A stretch of DNA of 64,000 nucleotides from Bugula neritina (taxonomy: Eukaryota; Animalia; Bryozoa). Shown one piece after another: positions 62,002 to 64,000 of this stretch; position 1 is the first letter of the stretch, and every line of letters begins with the position of its first letter. Where the stretch lies: assembly GCA_964035545.1 (NCBI GenBank), contig OZ037772.1, forward strand, positions 12,026,818-12,090,817, written 5' to 3'. The notes under the pieces were generated by a model. That model did no database searches, was not told where the DNA came from, and saw only the letters and a list, made by a program, of their open reading frames with translations. A program made the position numbers and the translations under genes.

Positions 62002-64000
62002 ATGGTAAGTAACCATCTAAAGCAAGTATAACTTACTATAGAAGGGTAGCAAAATAGGTTTGAATTAAGTTTATTATGAAGTGGATTTATGTGTGGATGA
62101 AGTGTTTCACTAGCTTATATATGGAAATACACAAAAATAGAATAGCTTAAAAAACATTTTTTAGATTATAGTTAACTGTAATTACCATCGAAGATGCAAA
62201 ACAACACAAATATTACTAAAAATAAAATATGATTTTTTAAAACCAGTCAGAAATTTGTTTATATAATATTTTCTTCTGTATCTAAAGTTGTTTTTTGTGT
62301 TAGCCTAGGAATAAAGAAGAGAATAAAGTAGGAATGTTGGGAGGGTGGAGTTGGTATCCTCGTAAAGAAAACATGTTACATTAATGGAGCTAATTTTTCA
62401 GAGCACAATAGTTTGATTTGTGCAAAACCAGCAGATTTGGTATGACTGATGCTAACTGGTGGTTTTTCATTTATTTGACTGTCTAATAACTGTTTGACTA
62501 TTTCGTAAAATGTTGCAATTATAACTATAATTCCTAATTTATATTAGCATATTTGGTAATATGTTTATCATATTTTTTACATATTTATACCAGCGTACAT
62601 GGTAATATGTTTATTGTGAAACAATTACTATTCGGATGCAGCGAGTCAAATTGTTGAGTTAATTCAACGTGATATAATACGAAAACAATTGTGTAAATCA
62701 TAGTAAGAATGTATTTCACGCATATATAATATATTACGTTTATGTTTTGAGCATCTGCTTACACCTGAATTCAGGAAATGCTAAGTGGTGTGTGAGTTTA
62801 TTTTTATTTTTTCTTAGATTAAAATAGATTAACTCCAACACTACTATATTGTAGTATAATGCTACAGTCAGCTGTTGAATATATTATATTGATTATAGTT
62901 TTGCTATAAAATAACGTTTAGCAAAACTTGAAAAGCAAGCCTGGCTTTACTTGCACTATATGATTTAAGCTTTAATTTACAATATCTTTTATTCTGTAAC
63001 TGCACTTTTAGGCTGCTTTACAAGGCGCAACGACCAATAATACAGGAAACGGTAACACGCCCCTTCCTATCACCCCTGGCACAGGTCAGTAAGAATAAAA
63101 AAGTTGCTCGCTGTCTTTACTGCATGGAAAATACAGTCATGCGTTAATAATAGGATTGTGTGGTCACACAGTGAAAGAAAATATTTTCACATAAAACACA
63201 TTGAAAGAGAGGAGAGCTCATGTAACATATTTCAGAGTTTAAATAAATGTGCAATATATACTCTTTTATAAAGAAATTGTTTTGCACATAAAACATACTA
63301 ATTAAACAAGTAAAAAGAATGACCAACAAATTTGTTGAACCAAAAACTTAGCCTAAAACTTCAGGTTGGTAAAAGTTTGCATTATTCAGCGAGCTATGCA
63401 TATAAGTTATTAGCAAACGTAACAGTTGTAAGTTTTCAGTGTGAGTAATTATATTAGTTTTAGTTTTTATATTATAATATGAATAATACTATAATATAGT
63501 ATAAATATTATTATTAGTAGTTGTTATAGTGTTAGTATAGGTATCAGTAGTCTACTATAGTTTGTTAAAGTATTGGTAGCTGCTCTAGTGATAGCATACA
63601 CTGTAAGTGTTTGCATTAGTAATTGCTATGATTTATTAGTAAAAGTATCAGTATGAAAATAATTGTTATTATTTATTAGTAAAAATATTTGTATTAGTAG
63701 GTGTGAGTTTTAGTGTAAGTGTTAGTTATATTTATTATTTCCATTCTATTGTTTAGTTCAAAAATCTCTACCACAAATCAGCTCTGTCAGTCCTATAGGT
63801 GTACTTATCAAAGTATGCATACTCTATACTTGCTAGGAACACAGGCTACGTTGTTATATCAAAGCTATCTTCTCTTGTGTAGAAACATCCAATAACAGCA
63901 TTCTATACAACAAACACAGAGACATTTGGTTTATATATTTGTAGTCATTTCCACTGCAAACTCTGTGGTGATACTAGGAATAGTTATGCCTGTAGTGGTA
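62002..64000 (+). pseudogene. Family member B3, 5' part only (runs off the window); exon 3 deleted and exon 4 frameshifted
   Basis: ATG|GT at 62002-62004. Exon 2 63012-63084 (AALQGATTNNTGNGNTPLPITPGT). Exon-3 homologue reduced to 'acttcag|gttggt' at ~63360. Exon 4 63757-63812 is 56 nt versus 57 in B2. TM exon from 63945 is still open (ISTANSVVILGIVMPVVV). Confidence 0.6.

Noticed and set aside
63352-63364. 13-nt micro-exon that would numerically compensate the B3 exon-4 frameshift
   Set aside because: Inclusion reads GCC TAA, an immediate stop.

Overview
AT-rich, intron-rich eukaryotic genomic DNA, probably invertebrate; the taxon cannot be fixed from sequence alone. All gene models were built by hand from GT-AG sites and codon phase. 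From left to right: (1) a minus-strand PAN/apple + Thr-rich mucin-like gene fragment with a decayed downstream exon. (2) A C2H2 zinc-finger gene (5418-22495, ~757 aa) whose N-terminus is built from 8 tandem copies of a 63+93-nt exon pair. Each copy carries an IKVE SUMO-consensus and an acidic tract, and each has an intronic 31-bp minisatellite of variable length. (3) An ankyrin-repeat gene (25702-32852, ~768 aa) with a Ser/Pro linker, a possible beta-grasp domain and a CCDC106-like C-terminus. (4) A minus-strand single-pass membrane gene (33471-37652). (5) A complete 9-exon clan-2-type cytochrome P450 (42253-48321). (6) Three tandem plus-strand single-pass membrane genes (50287 to window end). 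Genes 4 and 6 share the same intron-phase series and the same order of cytoplasmic motifs (YQT[IV], R-x-GPLPxxP, YSYA, terminal Y[IV]D), so they look like an uncharacterised family of tyrosine-motif transmembrane adaptor-like proteins undergoing birth and death. Several MITEs, a LINE 3' fragment and many micro/minisatellites are also present.
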